Assembly: GCA_036504035.1 (NCBI GenBank)
Contig: DASXVV010000006.1
Location: forward strand, 418,793 to 442,792
DNA length: 24,000 nucleotides
Reading direction: 5' to 3'
From: Candidatus Deferrimicrobiaceae bacterium
Lineage (GTDB): Bacteria > Desulfobacterota > Deferrimicrobia > Deferrimicrobiales > Deferrimicrobiaceae
The notes beneath the pieces are model-generated. The model saw only the letters and a program-made list of their open reading frames with translations. It ran no database searches and was not told where the DNA came from. Made by a program: the position numbers and the translations under genes. Positions 20,688 to 24,000 of the stretch are shown here, in pieces. Position 1 is the stretch's first letter. Every line of letters begins with the position of its first letter.

Positions 20688-21238
20688 GGCCGCCCTCCCG
20701 CGATCGCCGCCTGAAGCTGCGGACGATGCGCCTTCTCGTGCTCGAGGATCACGATGGCCAACCATTCATAGAGATTGAGCGACCCGAACCGGTGGTGCGG
20801 AAACACGCCCGCGCCCGGGTCGACGGCGGACAGCATCCGCAACGTCTCGAGCGTCGAGGCGCGGACGTCCGCGGCCTGCGACATCAGCGTCTCCCGGGTC
20901 GGTGCGCCTGTGGGACGCGCGGCCGGCGGCGCCTCCATCCCGTCGAAGGAAACCGGCTGCCGGATGCGGAGGCCGGAGTCGTCGGACGGGTAGGGGGGAA
21001 GCGACGCGCCCGACTCCCGCAGCACCTTCCGGACGACCTTGCCTGCGGAGATCTCGGACAACAGGAGATGCTCGAGCAGTTCCGGAGCGGTCCAGGCACC
21101 GGCCGGTAGCGACGGCGCGCCCGCGTCGGCAGCGGCCAGGACGAGCCCGAGCGTCTCGGCCCGGACCGTCTCGATCGCCTCGAACAGCTCCGCAAGCTTC
21201 GGCGGCAGCGTCCCCGGAATCGGAGGATCGGTCCTCAT
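20684..21238 (-). CDS. DinB/YfiT-like four-helix-bundle metalloprotein (DinB_2 superfamily)
   Basis: 184 aa. It has a family-like His triad arrangement (W.APELLEHL ... LEHEKAHRPQ, i.e. H...HxxxH) and helical repeats. Both junctions are ATGA-coupled. Confidence 0.7.
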   Translation of the reverse strand: MRTDPPIPGTLPPKLAELFEAIETVRAETLGLVLAAADAGAPSLPAGAWTAPELLEHLLLSEISAGKVVRKVLRESGASLPPYPSDDSGLRIRQPVSFDGMEAPPAARPTGAPTRETLMSQAADVRASTLETLRMLSAVDPGAGVFPHHRFGSLNLYEWLAIVILEHEKAHRPQLQAAIAGGRP

Positions 21239-22218
21239 AGCCGGATCTCGATCGATGCGGCTTTCCGGAGTTCGTCCATGAGCTCGGTGAACGCTTTCTC
21301 GCTCCGGCGGTCGGTCAGCTCCTCGGTCAGCGCTTCCTTTAGCGTCGAAAATTCGGGAAGCTTCCCTCCCTTCCGCTCGAGCAGGCGGACGATCCGTGCG
21401 CCCTCCTCGTTGAAGAAGGGAGCCGAAGTCTCTCCGGTGCGCAGCTTGTGCAGCTCGCGCGCAAGATCGGCCGCCAAATCATCGGTCTTCATGAGGTCGG
21501 AGGCGATCAGCCGGACACCGGGGGTCGCAGTGCCGACCAGCGCGGCCGTCTCGGTCATCGATCGGCCTCCGCGCAGCGACTCGATCGCCTGTTGCGCGGC
21601 AAGGCGAAGCCGGATCGTCTTTTCCCCCGTGTCGGCGCCCTCTGTCGGCATCGGGATCAGGAGCGTCTCGAAGCGGACCTCGGCCCCCTCCCGGAACCGC
21701 TCGGACTGCTCCGAGAAGTACGCCTTGACCTCGTCATCGGCCACCGTCACCTCTTTCATCTTCCGGACCCGGACGATGTTGCCGCGCTCCATCTGCCAGC
21801 GGATCCGGCGACGATAGGCGGCCATCGTGATCCCCTCGCGGACGAGCGCCTGGGAAAACTCGTCCTCGGTCATGTTGTTGCTCTTGCGCACCGACGCCAC
21901 TGCCCCGTCGACGGCGGCGTTGTCGACGGCCGCCCCCGCGCCCGCGAGCGCCTTCCGAACGACCAGGGAATCGACCAGCGGCGCGATCCACTTCACGATG
22001 CGTGCGCTGTCGCGCTCCTCGCGGAGCCATGCGTCGGCATCGCCCTGCGGCACGTTCATCCCTTCGGCCACCGCCTCGCGCACCTCGGACAGCGTGATCG
22101 GCTCCTCGTCGACGGTCGCCACGACGCCGTCGATGGTCCTTGCCGACGCATACCCGGCAAGCCCCGCGACGAGGATGGCCCCGGCCAATGCAGCGATCGT
22201 TTTCCGGTACTGTCTCAT
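21235..22218 (-). CDS. SurA-like periplasmic chaperone with a degenerate parvulin domain
   Basis: 327 aa with a signal peptide (MRQYRKTIAALAGAILVAGLAGYASA) followed by the SurA N-domain pattern (IDGVVATVDEEPITLSEV). The central region is parvulin-like but lacks the canonical HIL/GxxG catalytic signature. ATG at 22216-22218. Confidence 0.8.
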   Translation of the reverse strand: MRQYRKTIAALAGAILVAGLAGYASARTIDGVVATVDEEPITLSEVREAVAEGMNVPQGDADAWLREERDSARIVKWIAPLVDSLVVRKALAGAGAAVDNAAVDGAVASVRKSNNMTEDEFSQALVREGITMAAYRRRIRWQMERGNIVRVRKMKEVTVADDEVKAYFSEQSERFREGAEVRFETLLIPMPTEGADTGEKTIRLRLAAQQAIESLRGGRSMTETAALVGTATPGVRLIASDLMKTDDLAADLARELHKLRTGETSAPFFNEEGARIVRLLERKGGKLPEFSTLKEALTEELTDRRSEKAFTELMDELRKAASIEIRL

Positions 22219-22287
22219 GTTTCCCCCGAGGTCTATACAGATGCGGAAAGGCCTTATGCCGATTCCCGGCAGGCAGGCGGTGAAAAT

Positions 22288-22339
22288 GGAACGGGGACAC
22301 CGCGGCCCGTCAATCACGGTGCCGGCCGGTGCCCCCGTT
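22288..22339 (-). other. Long intercistronic stem-loop (RNA element candidate) between the two PPIase-family genes
   Basis: 14-bp stem: 22288-22301 pairs with 22326-22339, with a 24-nt loop. On the minus (mRNA) strand the only irregular pair is G.U. On the plus strand the same position is an A/C mismatch. Confidence 0.4.
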
Positions 22340-22386
22340 CGAGGTGGCGCGATCCTTCCGGAACAAACGGAAGGGTTGGTAACCGA

Positions 22387-23319
22387 TTAACGGCCCGGAG
22401 TGCCGTGCGCCGGAGGCATGGCGCCCTGGGAAGGACCGGCGCCCTGCTTCATACCGGCCGGCGCCTCGGACCCCATGCCGGGAAGGGGGGCGATGTCGCT
22501 CTCCTTGATCATCAGGCGAACGTTGCCCTCTTTCTTGAGCCGCTGGACCAGCTGGTCGAACGCTTCGCGCTGGACCCGCTCGCGCATCTCGCCCGCAAGC
22601 TGGCCCTTGACCTCGTCGAAGCTGCGGGTGCCGGCCGGGCGTTTGTCCTCGACCCGGATGATGTGGAAGCCGTAGGTGGTCTTGACCGGCCCGACGACCG
22701 TGCCGGGGGCCGCGGCGAATGCGGCGGCCTCGAACTCCTTCACGAAGCTGCCCTTCTCGATGAAGCCGAGGTCGGCCGAAGTCCCGCCCTCGGCGGTTGC
22801 CGCCTTCATCAGCGCGTCGAACGGCTCACCCGCCTTGGCCTTGGCGGCCACGGCGTCGGCCTTGCCCTTGTCCTTGAACAGGATGTGCTTGACCCGGACC
22901 CGTTCGCCGACCTGGAAGGCGGCGACGTTGTCGTTATAGAACTTGCGCAGCACCTCGTCGTTGACCGCGGCCTTCTCGGTCACCTCGCGCAGGAGCGATT
23001 CGAGCACGATCGAACGGCGCGCCTGCGCCAGCTTCTCCTGGACGTCGGGGCGACGGTCGATGCCGCGGCGGACGGCCTCGCGCATCAGCAGGTCGCGGGT
23101 GATCATGCCGTCGAGCAGCTGAATCTTGCCGCCGGGCGTGTCGAGGATCGGGCGCAGGTAAGGCGGCAGGTTCTGCGCCTCCTTCTCGAGCGAGGCCTCG
23201 GTGATCTTCGCCCCGTTGACCACCGCGAGCGTCTTGCCTTCGCCTTTTCCCTTGGGAGCGGGGCTGCAGCTCCAAAGGAACGGAACGGCGACCAGGACCA
23301 CGACCATCAGCTTGCGCAT
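22387..23319 (-). CDS. Parvulin-type peptidyl-prolyl cis-trans isomerase, probable lipoprotein (PpiC/PrsA-like)
   Basis: 310 aa. N-terminal signal with a Cys (VPFLWSC). Canonical parvulin domain (VRVKHILF...ADLGFIEKGSFVKEFEAAAF...G.VVGPVKTTYGFHIIRVEDKR). SD AAGAGGAG lies upstream. Confidence 0.88.
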   Translation of the reverse strand: MRKLMVVVLVAVPFLWSCSPAPKGKGEGKTLAVVNGAKITEASLEKEAQNLPPYLRPILDTPGGKIQLLDGMITRDLLMREAVRRGIDRRPDVQEKLAQARRSIVLESLLREVTEKAAVNDEVLRKFYNDNVAAFQVGERVRVKHILFKDKGKADAVAAKAKAGEPFDALMKAATAEGGTSADLGFIEKGSFVKEFEAAAFAAAPGTVVGPVKTTYGFHIIRVEDKRPAGTRSFDEVKGQLAGEMRERVQREAFDQLVQRLKKEGNVRLMIKESDIAPLPGMGSEAPAGMKQGAGPSQGAMPPAHGTPGR

Positions 23320-23366
23320 GCCGGTATTCTCCTCTTTCTTGATATGTGAAATGGTTGACAGAAACT

Positions 23367-24000
23367 CTATATGTTACTTCCCGGGGCAAAGCGGTTCAAC
23401 AGCTTTCTGGCCGACGACAGCACCACACCGGGCGCGTCGCTCTCGATCCGCATCGCCAGCACCTCGCCGCGGACGAAGGAGAAGGTGCCGCGCTCTTTCG
23501 TCACCCAGCGCACGAGCTGCGACCGGTCGACCTCGGCACGGGCCGACAGCGTGAGATATAGCGCCTTTTCCCCGCGCTTGAGCTCCTTGACGCCTCCCTC
23601 GCGCATGGCCACGCGCAGGCGCGACAGGTCGCACAGCGCCTCGGCCGGATCGGGGAGCCGCCCGAACCGGTCGAGCAGCTCGAGCTCGAGCTCGTCTCCC
23701 GCCTCGACGGTGCGCACCTTCGAAAACCGGCGGTAGAAGTCGAGCCGGGTGCCCGCCTCGAGGATGTAGTCGTCGGGGAGGAACGCCGGGATCCGGAGGT
23801 CGAGCTCGGGCTCCTCCTCGGCGAGCGAAGCGTTGCCGGAGATTTCCTGGACCGTCTCGGCCAGGAGCTGCGTGTAAAGCTCGTAGCCCACCTGGTGGAT
23901 ATGCCCCGACTGGTCTTTCCCCAGCAGGTTGCCCCCGCCCCGGATCTCGAGATCGTGGCTGGCGATCTTGAAGCCGGAGCCCAGCTCGGTCAGCTCTTCG
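23367..24000 (-). CDS. mfd: Transcription-repair coupling factor, C-terminal part (5' end beyond the window)
   Basis: The frame reads through to the window edge: ...ELTELGSGFKIASHDLEIRGGGNLLGKDQSGHIHQVGYELYTQLL..., i.e. helicase motif VI followed by the TRCF C-terminal domain. Stop at 23367-23369. Confidence 0.93.
   Translation of the reverse strand, partial: EELTELGSGFKIASHDLEIRGGGNLLGKDQSGHIHQVGYELYTQLLAETVQEISGNASLAEEEPELDLRIPAFLPDDYILEAGTRLDFYRRFSKVRTVEAGDELELELLDRFGRLPDPAEALCDLSRLRVAMREGGVKELKRGEKALYLTLSARAEVDRSQLVRWVTKERGTFSFVRGEVLAMRIESDAPGVVLSSARKLLNRFAPGSNI

Noticed and set aside
21448-23349. 633-aa plus-strand ORF spanning both PPIase genes
   Set aside because: It is antisense to two motif-supported genes, crosses their intergenic spacer, and has no domain signature.

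Overview
This is a high-GC bacterial chromosomal segment (roughly 65-70 % by eye), densely packed with housekeeping genes in three orientation blocks.

(1) 12-7190, minus strand: a complex I-type operon nuoA-B-C-D-H-I-J-K-L. nuoD abuts nuoH, so there is no nuoE/F/G. nuoM probably follows off the left edge.

(2) 7414-14662, plus strand: an AI-2E family permease, hemL, a split F0 ATP-synthase cluster (atpZ-atpI-atpB-atpE) with a clean intrinsic terminator, a DUF3109-like Cys-rich protein, about 340 bp of unassigned structured DNA, and a class-I hybrid-cluster protein gene (hcp) behind an FNR/CRP-type box.

(3) 14726-24000, minus strand: mfd (partial), a parvulin lipoprotein, a SurA-like chaperone, a DinB-fold protein, pdxA and uvrA. 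After a short gap come hslO (Hsp33) and a translationally coupled orphan secreted coiled-coil protein.

Gene content and synteny resemble Geobacter-like 'deltaproteobacterial' lineages. That placement is inference only.

I found no CRISPR array, tRNA/rRNA, transposase, integrase, phage gene or recognisable defence or toxin module. Codon usage looks native throughout, so this reads as core genome rather than an accessory island.

The items most worth a second look:
- the unassigned structured region at 12575-12914;
- the hslO + exported coiled-coil orphan pair;
- the EFG-less NDH, with a Lys/Ala-rich NuoI tail and a His-rich NuoL loop.

All homology calls come from motif recognition by eye. No database search was run.
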